A stretch of DNA of 64,000 nt, taken from Bdellovibrionales bacterium (GTDB lineage: Bacteria; Bdellovibrionota; Bdellovibrionia; Bdellovibrionales; UBA1609). The position numbers were made by a program, and so were the translations under genes. The stretch spans positions 96,001-160,000 of the forward strand of contig DAHVQG010000006.1 of the NCBI GenBank assembly GCA_027317865.1, read 5' to 3'. The notes under the pieces were generated by a model. It searched no databases. It saw only the letters and a list, made by a program, of their open reading frames with translations, and had not been told where the DNA came from. Positions 42,083 through 52,370 of this stretch are shown here, piece after piece; the first letter of the stretch is position 1; every line of letters starts with the position of its first letter.

Positions 42083-43786
42083 ATGTCTGAGATCGATAAT
42101 AAAACGACCCTGAACGACGCAAATAGTAAAGCTGTAAAACCGTGGCTAAAGCATTACCCAAAAGGTGTGCCAACTGAAATTGATTTGAGCCGCTATAAGT
42201 CCATTATTGACTTATTCGAAGAAAGCACCGAGCGCTACGTCGACAACGTTGCTTTTAAATGCATGGGCACCACGCTGACCTATGACGAGCTTTCAGAGAT
42301 GTCGCGCGATTTTGCCGCTTTTCTGCGCAATCGTGGCCTAGAAAAAGGCGATCGCATCGCCATTCAAATGCCTAATGTTCTACAATATCCCATTGCGCTA
42401 TTCGGCGCCCTGCAAGCGGGTTTGGTCGTGGTGAATACGAATCCGCTTTACACACCCCGAGAAATGAAACATCAATTTCGCGATTCCGGAGCCAAAGCCG
42501 TCGTTATACTCGCGAACTTTGCCCATAACTTACAAGACGTGCTCCCCGAGACGGATATCGAACTTGTCGTCGTGACCGAAGTTGGTGATATGCTCGGGTT
42601 CCCGAAAAGTTTTATTGTCAACACGGTCGCAAAACACGTTAAAAAAATGGTTCCGAAGTACGACATACCGAACGCCGTCGGCTTTTACGAGGCCCTCGAC
42701 GAAGGCGCATTTTACGACTTGCCGAATCCGCTTCTCACGCCAAATGATATCGCGTTTCTTCAATACACAGGCGGAACTACCGGGGTCGCAAAAGGCGCCA
42801 TGATTACCCACGGCAACATGATCGCCAACATGTTACAAATCAGCGAGTGGATGGCCCCTCGGCTTAGAGCCGGCGAAGAAACAATAGTTACGGCGCTTCC
42901 GCTTTATCATATTTTTTCACTAACGGTGAATTGCTTTTCATTTATGCATCGTGGAGCAACGAATTTGCTCATCACAAATCCACGCGACATCCCGGGATTT
43001 ATAAAAACCCTGCGCAAAGAACACTATACCGTCATGAGCGGAGTCAATACCCTATTCAACGCGCTCATGAACCATCCGGATTTTGTGCATCTTGATTTTT
43101 CTGCGCTGAAAATTTCAGTCGCAGGCGGGATGGCTTTACAAAACGCCGTTGCCGACCGCTGGAAGAAACTCACAGGCACACCAGTTATCGAAGGTTACGG
43201 TTTAACTGAAGCGTCGCCGGTCATTTCGTGTAACCCTATCGACGGCACAGATCGTACCGGTACAATTGGCATTCCCGTACCCTCCACCGACGTTAAACTG
43301 ATTGATGAGAACGGCGCCCCAGTTGCGGTAGGTAACCCGGGCGAACTGTGCGCAAAAGGTCCGCAGGTGATGCAAGGTTACTGGAATCGCCCCGATGAAA
43401 CAGCAAAAATTCTTGGGCCTGACGGTTGGCTTCGGACTGGCGATGTCGCGGTAATGGAGCCTGACGGTTTTTTCAAAATCGTTGATCGAAAAAAGGACAT
43501 GATTCTCGTTTCAGGATTTAATGTTTACCCAAATGAAATTGAAGACGTGGTGGCAAAGATTCAGTCGATCAGTGAGGTCGCCGCGGTCGGTGTGCCCGAT
43601 CAACACTCAGGCGAAGTCGTTAAAATCTTCGTTGTAAAAAAGGCGCCGGTATCCGAGTCTGAGATCATCGAATATTGCCGAAAAAATTTGGTCGCGTATA
43701 AAGTACCAAAATATATTGAATTTAGAAGCGAATTGCCCAAATCGAATGTCGGTAAAATTTTAAGACGCGCATTGCGCGAAGGTTAA
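42083..43786 (+). CDS. fadD: Long-chain fatty acid-CoA ligase
   Basis: YTGGTTGVAKG, EGYGLTE, PKSNVGKILR. Confidence 0.93.
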   Translation: MSEIDNKTTLNDANSKAVKPWLKHYPKGVPTEIDLSRYKSIIDLFEESTERYVDNVAFKCMGTTLTYDELSEMSRDFAAFLRNRGLEKGDRIAIQMPNVLQYPIALFGALQAGLVVVNTNPLYTPREMKHQFRDSGAKAVVILANFAHNLQDVLPETDIELVVVTEVGDMLGFPKSFIVNTVAKHVKKMVPKYDIPNAVGFYEALDEGAFYDLPNPLLTPNDIAFLQYTGGTTGVAKGAMITHGNMIANMLQISEWMAPRLRAGEETIVTALPLYHIFSLTVNCFSFMHRGATNLLITNPRDIPGFIKTLRKEHYTVMSGVNTLFNALMNHPDFVHLDFSALKISVAGGMALQNAVADRWKKLTGTPVIEGYGLTEASPVISCNPIDGTDRTGTIGIPVPSTDVKLIDENGAPVAVGNPGELCAKGPQVMQGYWNRPDETAKILGPDGWLRTGDVAVMEPDGFFKIVDRKKDMILVSGFNVYPNEIEDVVAKIQSISEVAAVGVPDQHSGEVVKIFVVKKAPVSESEIIEYCRKNLVAYKVPKYIEFRSELPKSNVGKILRRALREG

Positions 43787-43789
43787 ATA

Positions 43790-45223
43790 ATGGCGGATCG
43801 GCAAATCGATACAGAGTCGAGAAGCGAACAAACCACTCGCAACAAGGCGCTCGCGATAAACAAATCCGCTAATTTTTACGGAACATTTGCCGAGATCGGA
43901 GCGGGACAAGAAGTCGCGCGACATTTTTTCCAAGCGGGTCTTGCATCACAAACAATTGCAAAATCGATGTCAGCCTACGACAAATCGTTCAGCGACTCGA
44001 TTTACGGTAAAGGCAGCCGGTTTGTGAGCGAAGAACGACTTCTAAAAATGCTGTCGCATGAATATGAACTGCTTGAAGAACGTTTGCCTGAACGGTGTGA
44101 CAACACTTGTTTTTTTGTTTTTGCAAACACCGTCGCAACATCATCTCATGAAGAACAGCCGAAATGTCACGGCTGGATGGGCATTCGATTTCAAGAGCGC
44201 CCAGGCGGCCCCACAAACGACATCGTTTTACATGTACACATGCGCGATCGACTGCGCCTGCAACAACAAGAAGCACTCGGTATTTTGGGAGTGAATTTAA
44301 TCTACGCTGTCCGGCACTTCATTGCCACAGCAGGAACGGAGCTCGTTAGTTCTCTTCTCGATAATCTCAGCACCGATCGGATTGAAATAAATTTTATTCG
44401 GTTCAGCGGCCCCGATGTTGAACACATCGACAACCGCCTTATGTGTTTGGAGCTAGTCCGGCAAGATCTGACGCGTATGACGCTTTTTAGTCCAAAAGGC
44501 GACGTTCTCGCAATGGAAGACGCACTTTACAAAAAGCCCGTGCTGATTCAGCGCGGAACGTTTCGCCCCGTGACGCTCACAAATGAAAAAATACTTAAAA
44601 ACGGTCTTACGCAAGTCGAACGCGATTTTCAAGTCAACCGTCGCGATCTCGTTGTCATGATGGAGCTCACGATGTCGCAATTGCAGCGTGGTGACGCCAA
44701 CGCAAATGCCGTCGACAAAAAAGATTTTCTCGACCGCGTGGACACTTTGTGCGCACTCGGACATCATGTGTTGATTTCGAATTTTCCGTTGTTTGCGCAA
44801 CTTCATCGAGAAATGCGGCGGCTCACAGATAATATCATTGGCCTGGTGATCGGCGCGATCACGCTTGACGGTCTTTTTGACGAGCATTACTACGCAAATT
44901 ACTCCGGCGGAATTCTCGCCGCATTCGGCGATCTCTTTGACGATAAAACGCGCATGTTTATTTATCCGTATAAAACGGAAGATACTTGCTTAACAGCCGC
45001 CACATTTGTACCCAAACCGCATCTCGTGCACTTGTACCAACATCTCGTTGAAAATCACCTGATCGCGGATATGCAAAATTGCGACGAAGTGGATACAAGC
45101 CTGCAATCTGAAGTTGTGCGAAAATTATTGTCGGCGGGTAACCCGAAGTGGGAAGAACTGGTCCCGTCTGAAGTCCGGGATTTAATCAAAAAGCGCAAAC
45201 TTTTTGGCTACACTGGCCGATAA
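43790..45223 (+). CDS. Conserved protein, CinA-like plus nucleotidyltransferase-like domains
   Basis: YGTFAEIGAGQEVAR N-terminus; RGTFRPVT resembles GxFxPxH NMNAT motif; WEELVP C-terminus. Confidence 0.55.
   Translation: MADRQIDTESRSEQTTRNKALAINKSANFYGTFAEIGAGQEVARHFFQAGLASQTIAKSMSAYDKSFSDSIYGKGSRFVSEERLLKMLSHEYELLEERLPERCDNTCFFVFANTVATSSHEEQPKCHGWMGIRFQERPGGPTNDIVLHVHMRDRLRLQQQEALGILGVNLIYAVRHFIATAGTELVSSLLDNLSTDRIEINFIRFSGPDVEHIDNRLMCLELVRQDLTRMTLFSPKGDVLAMEDALYKKPVLIQRGTFRPVTLTNEKILKNGLTQVERDFQVNRRDLVVMMELTMSQLQRGDANANAVDKKDFLDRVDTLCALGHHVLISNFPLFAQLHREMRRLTDNIIGLVIGAITLDGLFDEHYYANYSGGILAAFGDLFDDKTRMFIYPYKTEDTCLTAATFVPKPHLVHLYQHLVENHLIADMQNCDEVDTSLQSEVVRKLLSAGNPKWEELVPSEVRDLIKKRKLFGYTGR
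45196..45223 (+). promoter_or_regulatory. Sigma28-like promoter
   Basis: CAAA-N16-GCCGATAA; -10 overlaps the upstream stop codon. Confidence 0.55.
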
Positions 45224-45230
45224 ATGCGAC

Positions 45231-46892
45231 ATGAAACGTTACTATATTCTCGCAGCAATATCAGCGCTGTTTGCGTTGAACTGTTTTTTGTTGAATGCGC
45301 CGGCTTTTGGTCGAGTGTTGAACGACGGAAGTTCGAACCTCACTTCAGCTCTTTGTCTTGTTAAAAGAGCCGTACCTGTTGAAATCGAAAACCCGAACCT
45401 GACTGCCGCTCAACATTATATATCGAATGGCGTTGAATATCCGGGTACTGTCGTAACTTGTTCGCGCGACAACTTCACCGAAAGCCCTGGGTACCTCAAA
45501 GTTAAAGGTTTTGATACTCCCGGCGGTTTTGCTTTGATCAAAGTCACCCCCAATACCGAGTCTCAATATTTGCAGCCAGTAAATGACATCTCGACTCATC
45601 ACTTTGGCCAACCTATAGAAGTTTATTCCGGATATCGAAATGTCGTCTTTCACGTTTATAAATCTCCCGGGCTCATTGATACCAAAAACTACAAAAATTG
45701 CCGAAACCACCCTGCCGGATCGGTCGCATGCTTAAGTGCGGGTTACACCAAACGCCATAAACCTGAAATTTCAATGGGCCGCACGCCAGTAAAGCTGTTT
45801 ACGCGTGGGGGCGTTCAAGACTCCTGCCTTCATAGTCGCGAGCTTAATCAAAACCACGGCGAATGGTTTAACCACGTTGATGTGGTTCCGCTTGCGCGTC
45901 TGCCTCAATATTTACACGGGGACAGGCACGGTATCATTTCCGGTTATCTCGATTCGTACGAACTCAGTCCGACGCCGCTGGCCTACCGGCCAAGATTTCG
46001 CGCCAAGTCCACAAGTGCAACTGCAGCAACTATTACTTGTTGCCAGACGGATCGCACACCCGCTTCTGATTTTTTCAGCGGTTCCATTCAGCGGGTAGAA
46101 AAATTGGCCAAGAATTATTTTGGTAATGGAAGTCATTCGAAAATTTTGAATATCGAAGCCTATTTTGAACAACACCATTGTTCGGATATCAAATGGTGGC
46201 AACTCAGCAGCCGCAACCCTGTGAAGAGTTTCGAAAGCCGGTACCTCGGTGAATTACTTGCCATCGCAAAACGTCGACCCAAATATAATTATATTTCGGT
46301 AGCGGATATAAAACGAAAACCTGATAGCGTACCAAGTCCGTTACCCACCAAACCTAACAAACTTACAGAAATTCGCGTTATCGCCCAAACACTTTATGGT
46401 GAAGCGAGCAGTTGTTATCATGTGAATACCGCAAAAACGGATTCCCAAAACTATTATGCAATTGCGCGGATGATTTTAGACAGCTACACCACCTGCAAGA
46501 CAGAACGCGAACCGTATTGCGGATTTACTGGAACCGGCAAAAACAGACAAGTGGTCGATAACAACATAACGAGCGTGATTACATGTGATCGGTACCATAC
46601 GTGGTGCCTCAGTAACCCTTTGGAACGGAAAAACTTTGAACGAACGCTCTGCGTTTCGTCTAAAAGGGCACCTGATATGCCGGCGTGGAATGCCGCCGTT
46701 CAAGTGGCAACGGAAATGATCGAGCATCGGGCTCAATTTTTAAAAGACTCCGCTAAATACAGTCATCGCTATTTTTACTATGCTCCGGATTCGCCGTTCC
46801 CCCGATTTTGCAACCACAACATCGGGCCCCGAGTCGGAGACGGCCGATGCGTCCAATATTGTACGCCGGACCGGCTCCCGTCTTCGACTTGA
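45231..46892 (+). CDS. Secreted Cys-rich protein with C-terminal SleB/Hydrolase_2-like domain
   Basis: Signal peptide; IAQTLYGEAS...ITSVI...AWNAAVQVA...YFYYAP pattern. Confidence 0.6.
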   Translation: MKRYYILAAISALFALNCFLLNAPAFGRVLNDGSSNLTSALCLVKRAVPVEIENPNLTAAQHYISNGVEYPGTVVTCSRDNFTESPGYLKVKGFDTPGGFALIKVTPNTESQYLQPVNDISTHHFGQPIEVYSGYRNVVFHVYKSPGLIDTKNYKNCRNHPAGSVACLSAGYTKRHKPEISMGRTPVKLFTRGGVQDSCLHSRELNQNHGEWFNHVDVVPLARLPQYLHGDRHGIISGYLDSYELSPTPLAYRPRFRAKSTSATAATITCCQTDRTPASDFFSGSIQRVEKLAKNYFGNGSHSKILNIEAYFEQHHCSDIKWWQLSSRNPVKSFESRYLGELLAIAKRRPKYNYISVADIKRKPDSVPSPLPTKPNKLTEIRVIAQTLYGEASSCYHVNTAKTDSQNYYAIARMILDSYTTCKTEREPYCGFTGTGKNRQVVDNNITSVITCDRYHTWCLSNPLERKNFERTLCVSSKRAPDMPAWNAAVQVATEMIEHRAQFLKDSAKYSHRYFYYAPDSPFPRFCNHNIGPRVGDGRCVQYCTPDRLPSST

Positions 46893-46925
46893 TGACTGAA
46901 GATCAAACGAGCGCGCGGGGAAATT

Positions 46926-48455
46926 TCATTCGCGGGCAAGAAGCATCCCCGCCAAAATTTGAAAGCACTGGGCGTTGGAGCCTTCGCTTAGCGCTCCAGC
47001 AGGCGACTTGTTCCACGCCATAACATCAAAATGGAGCCACGACGTATCGCGAACGAATTTTTGCAAAAAAAGTGCGGCCGTGATCGCACCGCCAAATCCA
47101 CTGTCGGAACAGTTTCTGAAATCGGCATATTCCGAATTCAACTCGCGCTCATATTTTTTGACGAGCGGCATGCGCCAAGCCATTTCGCCCATTTTTTGGG
47201 CGGCGCTTTCAGCTTCGGCCACCAATTCATCGTCATTTGAGAAAAAACCGGCGACATCGAGCCCGACTGCAACACGCATTGCTCCCGTTAGCGTCGATAC
47301 GTCAATGAGCGCAGCCGGAGCATCCGCATTTTTTCGTGTCACCGCATAATCGATCGCATCAGCCATGACCAAACGCCCTTCGGCGTCGGTGTTATCGATC
47401 TCGACGTAGTGACCGGCACGAGAAAGATGCACGTCACCGGGGCGAGTCGCACGGTCTGAAACGGAATTTTCAGCTAACGGCAAATAAAAATCACAGGGGG
47501 TTTTCAAACTCATGTTCGTCACAAAATGGCATAGCCCAGCCATGATGGCGACACCCGACATATCTTTTTTCATCAGACGCATTCCAGCTGCCGTTTTGAT
47601 ATCGAGACCGCCGGAATCAAATGTCACACCTTTACCGACAAACGCGAGCGGTTTACGTTTTGAACCACCCTGCGGCCGGTAGCGCAAATGGACAAACCGC
47701 GCACCCCATTGTGAGCCGTTACCAACGCCAAGTAGTAAACCCATATTTTCTTTTTTTATTCGGGCTACATCCCAAACTTCGACGGTTAATCCCCTTCGCC
47801 CGCTAAAAAAATTTTTAAAAAATTGCGCAAGGTCTTGGGGATTGGCACCTGATGCCGGCAAATTAGCGAGATGCCGCGCCAAATTCATACCGCTAACTAT
47901 CGCGTGAGACGCATCGATTAGATTGCGATCTATGTTGCCAGTTGAACTCGTAAAAAATAATTTTGGATCTTGCTCGTCGCGCCGAGAACGAAGAACATTA
48001 CGAAACGAATAGTGCGAAAGACCAATGCCAACCAAGGCGCCTAAGGTTTCTTCGGCGTTTAGGCCAACCAGATGCACGCCTATCGAAGACGCGCTCTTTT
48101 GCCGCCGACACTCTTGAAAAAGTTCGCGAAAGCGAGCTCCTGTCAAATCGCGAAAGCGCCCGTAATCGCTCTCGCCGTCTTCGCTAGGAGCAACTCGCAG
48201 CACGTGAACCACCCCCCGAGACGTAACAAGTGACAGTTGGGTATTCGAGCGTAAAGCCGCGCGCACCTGCGATTCGTCAAGCAACTTGCCCAGCATATTT
48301 CTTATGCCCGTCGCCGACTCGGCCGCTCCAAAAATGACAATTTGATGATCCCATTTCGCCTTACGACCGGCGGCAAAATTCCACTTGGCACCTCGAAGCG
48401 GACTTTCAAGCACGCGACGAGTGGTTTGATTCACATCTAATTTCAACAAATCCAC
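46926..48455 (-). CDS. M17 leucyl aminopeptidase
   Basis: VGKGVTFDSGG, MKKDM, NTDAEGRL, TLTGA. Confidence 0.95.
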   Translation of the reverse strand: MDLLKLDVNQTTRRVLESPLRGAKWNFAAGRKAKWDHQIVIFGAAESATGIRNMLGKLLDESQVRAALRSNTQLSLVTSRGVVHVLRVAPSEDGESDYGRFRDLTGARFRELFQECRRQKSASSIGVHLVGLNAEETLGALVGIGLSHYSFRNVLRSRRDEQDPKLFFTSSTGNIDRNLIDASHAIVSGMNLARHLANLPASGANPQDLAQFFKNFFSGRRGLTVEVWDVARIKKENMGLLLGVGNGSQWGARFVHLRYRPQGGSKRKPLAFVGKGVTFDSGGLDIKTAAGMRLMKKDMSGVAIMAGLCHFVTNMSLKTPCDFYLPLAENSVSDRATRPGDVHLSRAGHYVEIDNTDAEGRLVMADAIDYAVTRKNADAPAALIDVSTLTGAMRVAVGLDVAGFFSNDDELVAEAESAAQKMGEMAWRMPLVKKYERELNSEYADFRNCSDSGFGGAITAALFLQKFVRDTSWLHFDVMAWNKSPAGALSEGSNAQCFQILAGMLLARE

Positions 48456-48489
48456 GACAAGACCTCGCGATTTCGTTAGAATTTAATCG

Positions 48490-49482
48490 ATGACAACCCA
48501 AGCGCCAACATTACGCCTTGTACAGTTCAACGTCGAGAATCTTTTTTTATTCCTCGATCTGTACCAAGGGCAAGACTTAACCAAAATCACCGAGGCGGAG
48601 TGGCGAAAATTTTCTAGCTCAACCACCCCCAACAAGCCGCTTGAAAAAGTTTGGCAATTGGCGCGGATTATTGATGAAATTCAGCCGGACATTTTGATGC
48701 TGAACGAAGTCGGCGGCATCGAGTCGCTGCAAAACTTCAACAAATATTTTTTGAGGTCGCGCTACAATGTTCACTTAAAAGAGGGCAATTCACTTCGCGG
48801 CATCGATGTCGGTTATTTAGTTCGAGCTGATCTTGAAGATAAAGTGATTTTAATTAGCCATCGCGACCGGCCGATTCATTTCTTGTATCCCCATGAAACG
48901 CAAACTTCTGCAGGAGGCAAATCGCACTACTTTTCGCGTGACGTGGCGGAATTGCGGTTATTTCGCCGTGGCGAAAACTCTCCGCGCCTGGTGATCATGC
49001 TTTCGCACTTAAAATCAAAACTCGACCCCGATAATATCGACCCCGAAGGCAAGTTGCGCCGAAATGCCGAGGTACGTACGTTGATTGAGTTATACAATGA
49101 ATTGCGGCGTGAAATTCCAGCCGACACTCCTGTCGTCGTCAGCGGCGACTTTAACGGTACCGCCTCGCGAATCAATACCGAGCCGGAATTTGTACAACTG
49201 CACGAACAAACCGATCTCGTTGAAGCCCTCGAAGTTGCCGGCGTCGCCTTTGAAGAGCGTTTTACGCAAGTGCAAATCACGCCACTCGGACAGCAATTGT
49301 TTTTACAACTCGATTATGTTTTTGTTTCGCCGGCCGTTGTGAATCGCATCGACTCGTCCGGGACTTACGTTCATTATTTTAAATCTGAGCTCGGCCATCG
49401 CGCGCCTTGGCCGCGTTCACTTGATGAGCGCTCGCGGCTGCCGTCCGATCATTATCCTGTAGTTGTAACAATTAAGATTTGA
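48490..49482 (+). CDS. Endonuclease/exonuclease/phosphatase family protein
   Basis: FNVENL, HLKSK, GDFN, LDY, SDHYPV. Confidence 0.9.
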   Translation: MTTQAPTLRLVQFNVENLFLFLDLYQGQDLTKITEAEWRKFSSSTTPNKPLEKVWQLARIIDEIQPDILMLNEVGGIESLQNFNKYFLRSRYNVHLKEGNSLRGIDVGYLVRADLEDKVILISHRDRPIHFLYPHETQTSAGGKSHYFSRDVAELRLFRRGENSPRLVIMLSHLKSKLDPDNIDPEGKLRRNAEVRTLIELYNELRREIPADTPVVVSGDFNGTASRINTEPEFVQLHEQTDLVEALEVAGVAFEERFTQVQITPLGQQLFLQLDYVFVSPAVVNRIDSSGTYVHYFKSELGHRAPWPRSLDERSRLPSDHYPVVVTIKI

Positions 49483-49484
49483 TT

Positions 49485-50240
49485 TTATTTGCGCCGATGG
49501 TGCCGCATCACCCGATGCGCCGGCTTACCCTTCGGCAAAATCTTCAGCAATTCGACTTTAAAGAGCAAAACCGAATCTGGCGGGATCACCGCATTGCCAC
49601 GAGGCCCATAAGCTAAATCAGGCGGAATCGCCAATTTGTATTCTGAACCCGCACGCATCAATTGAAGCGCTTCAGTCCATCCAGGAATGACAGCTCCCAC
49701 CGGGAAGGTCGCCGGTTGCCCGCGTTTATACGAACTATCAAAGACCTTGCCATCTATGAGCTTGCCTTCATAGTTCACAACAACCGTGTCATCTTTTGAA
49801 GCTCTCGGGCCTTTACCCTTGCGAACCATTTTATATTGCAACCCCGAGGCCGTTACCTTCCAACCCGGTTTAGTTTTGTTCGTTGCCAAAAACTCTTGGC
49901 CTTTTTTTAGGTTTTCTTGCGCCTGTGCGAGCTGCTCTTTCTGCAAGCCTTCGCTCATTTGGCGAAGAGCCTCCATCCGGTCATTACTGTTCAAGCGTAA
50001 TTTGCGGCCTGAAAAAACATCATCGACCCCCGCGGCAAACGCAACCGGGTCTATTTTAATATTTTGATTTTTTAAATTTTGGGCAATTTGTACGCCGATT
50101 GCGTAGCTGTATTGACCCTTCGCCTGATTCAAATCCGGTTTTTTGGTGCACCCGGCAAGTGCCATAAGCGATGCAACTCCACAAAGACCGGCAACTGTAA
50201 ATACCCGCGCCATAAAAGAAATTTGGCTAGTTGACTTCAT
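49485..50240 (-). CDS. FKBP-type PPIase lipoprotein (FkpA/Mip-like)
   Basis: LAGC lipobox, SYAIG, FDSS, VIPGWTEAL, LAYG. Confidence 0.93.
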   Translation of the reverse strand: MKSTSQISFMARVFTVAGLCGVASLMALAGCTKKPDLNQAKGQYSYAIGVQIAQNLKNQNIKIDPVAFAAGVDDVFSGRKLRLNSNDRMEALRQMSEGLQKEQLAQAQENLKKGQEFLATNKTKPGWKVTASGLQYKMVRKGKGPRASKDDTVVVNYEGKLIDGKVFDSSYKRGQPATFPVGAVIPGWTEALQLMRAGSEYKLAIPPDLAYGPRGNAVIPPDSVLLFKVELLKILPKGKPAHRVMRHHRRK

Positions 50241-50288
50241 TCGTCCTCCCAAGACAATGTTGCTCTCATGGTTACAGAAGCGACCAAT

Positions 50289-50675
50289 ATGTCAATTGTT
50301 TTCTTTGACGGAACTTGCACACTGTGCAACCGATTTGTCGACTTCATTATCCTGCGTGATCGCCATCGCGTTTTTCACTTGGCTTCGTTACAAGGTGAAA
50401 CCGCAAAGTCCGTTTTACCCGAAATACCCGCGCCGTCGCCCGGTACCATCGTGCTTTATGACCACGGACAAATTGACACGAAATCGGCCGCTGTTCTTAA
50501 GATTTTTGCGCAATTGCCGGGTTTCTGGAGCTGGCTTGCCTGCTTCAAAGTCTTACCCAAACGTTTTCGAGATGGCCTGTACGACTTTATTGCCAAAAAC
50601 CGCTATAAAATTTTTGGACGACGCGAAACTTGCCGCGCTCCCACAGAAGACGAACGCGCTTATTTTTTGCCCTAG
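50289..50675 (+). CDS. DCC family thiol-disulfide oxidoreductase (DUF393)
   Basis: FFDGTCTLCN; YDFIAKNRYKIFG. Confidence 0.9.
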   Translation: MSIVFFDGTCTLCNRFVDFIILRDRHRVFHLASLQGETAKSVLPEIPAPSPGTIVLYDHGQIDTKSAAVLKIFAQLPGFWSWLACFKVLPKRFRDGLYDFIAKNRYKIFGRRETCRAPTEDERAYFLP

Positions 50676-50722
50676 CGAGTGCGCCCAATTGAGCCATCAC
50701 GACTCGCGGCTTCGGGTGGCCC

Positions 50723-51694
50723 TCACGACTGGCGTCTTAGGTGAATCGGCAACACGTTTTGTTTTGAATTCGGCGCATCGATTAGCTCTTTCGGGAGCGA
50801 CTCGCGCAATGCTGCAACCATGGCCGCCATTGATTTTGTGTTAAGTTCATGTGCCCGGCTGACAACACTGACTTCGCGTACCGGTGCCGGTGGGTAAAAC
50901 GGACGAATGCGGTCTCGATCGCGTGACGACAAATATTCGTGACACGCAAACCATGGGAGCAAAGTGTAACCACCCACCGCGTCCACCATTTCTTTTAATG
51001 TTTGCAAGCTACCACCTGCAAAATCAAAATGCCCGTTTGTCGATTCACGCCGCGCCCGCCGGTCACGACAAAGCTCGAGCGCTTGATCGCGAAAACAGTG
51101 CCCGTCAGCGAGAAGATAAACTTCGTTACGGTTCAGATCACCCGCCCTAATGATTTTTTTATCAGCAATGGTGTGATGCGGAGAAAAATAAAGATAAATG
51201 GGTTCATAAAAGACCGGGCGCTCGTCGAGACGGGTTTCTCCAAGCGGTGTTGCCATTATGCCAAAATCAAGATCGCCTTTTAGCAAGCGATCAGCAATCG
51301 TCTCAGTCTGGAGTTCTTCGATATGCAATTTCAGATCGGGATAGTTCTCTTGCAACGACCGCACAAGCCGCGGAAGCAAAAACGGCGCCAACGTCGGAAT
51401 TATTGCAAGGCGCACGTCGCCACTCAACGCCGAAATCGCATTTTGGTCGACAAACCGGCGCATCTGGTTTGCTTCGTCGAGAATGCGTCGAGCTTGGGCT
51501 ATGAGCGTCTCCCCAGCGGGAGTTAAATCAACAGGTTTGCGGCTGCGGTCAAACACGACGACACCCAGCACGTCTTCAAATTTCTTTATTTGTTGACTCA
51601 ACGTGGGCTGGGTCACATGGCAACGTTCGGCGGCACGAAAAAAACTGCGTGTTTCGGCTACGGCAACAATATATTCAAGCTGAGTCAGCGTCAT
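50723..51694 (-). CDS. oxyR: Peroxide sensor OxyR
   Basis: LysR HTH; GHCFRDQALELC two-Cys motif; divergent from ahpC. Confidence 0.93.
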   Translation of the reverse strand: MTLTQLEYIVAVAETRSFFRAAERCHVTQPTLSQQIKKFEDVLGVVVFDRSRKPVDLTPAGETLIAQARRILDEANQMRRFVDQNAISALSGDVRLAIIPTLAPFLLPRLVRSLQENYPDLKLHIEELQTETIADRLLKGDLDFGIMATPLGETRLDERPVFYEPIYLYFSPHHTIADKKIIRAGDLNRNEVYLLADGHCFRDQALELCRDRRARRESTNGHFDFAGGSLQTLKEMVDAVGGYTLLPWFACHEYLSSRDRDRIRPFYPPAPVREVSVVSRAHELNTKSMAAMVAALRESLPKELIDAPNSKQNVLPIHLRRQS

Positions 51695-51706
51695 AGTTTC
51701 AATATT

Positions 51707-51742
51707 ATAGATATTAACTATATTTTAATCAATATTATCCAT
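51707..51742. promoter_or_regulatory. OxyR operator
   Basis: ATAG-N7-CTAT then ATCA-N7-CCAT between oxyR and ahpC. Confidence 0.7.
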
Positions 51743-51811
51743 TTTATTTATTGAGCTCGCGAGATTATATTGAGGGCAAGTCAATTTGAAAAATCGAAAG
51801 GAGCAAATATT

Positions 51812-52357
51812 ATGTCACGAATAATTTCGGTGGGAGAAAAATTTCCGGAATTTAAGCTCGCCTCGGTGGTGAGTCTTGAGAAGGGCAAGGAGTTTAAAGA
51901 AATTTCAAATAAAGATATGAAGGGCAAATGGACAGTCATGTTTTTCTGGCCGATGGATTTCACCTTCGTTTGCCCAACCGAGATTGCAGAATTTAACCGG
52001 TCGATCAACGAATTTCGTGATCGCGAAACTCAAGTTTTGGGGGTCAGCACAGATAGCCAGTACGTGCATTTAGCTTGGCGACAACATCATGAAGATCTCA
52101 AAAATTTGCAGTTCCCGATGTTGGCCGACAACAAAAAGGACCTGAGCGAACAACTCGGCATCCTGCACCCGACGGAGAAAGTTCCTCTACGCGCGACGTT
52201 TATCGTTGATCCGGATGGAATAATTCGCTGGGTGAGCGTGAACGATCTCAATGTCGGGCGCAATGTTAAAGAAGTTTTGCGCACGATCGATGCCTTGCAG
52301 ACAGACGAACTCTGCCCATGCAATTGGCAAAAAGGTGAGGCGACGCTTAACCCTTAA
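51812..52357 (+). CDS. ahpC: Peroxiredoxin AhpC
   Basis: DFTFVCPTE, GRNVKE, LCPCNW. Confidence 0.96.
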   Translation: MSRIISVGEKFPEFKLASVVSLEKGKEFKEISNKDMKGKWTVMFFWPMDFTFVCPTEIAEFNRSINEFRDRETQVLGVSTDSQYVHLAWRQHHEDLKNLQFPMLADNKKDLSEQLGILHPTEKVPLRATFIVDPDGIIRWVSVNDLNVGRNVKEVLRTIDALQTDELCPCNWQKGEATLNP

Positions 52358-52370
52358 CGAAAGATTGGCC

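Noticed and set aside
50143-50844. 233-aa alternative-frame ORF and other shadow ORFs in the track
   Set aside because: They overlap well-supported genes and carry no recognisable motifs
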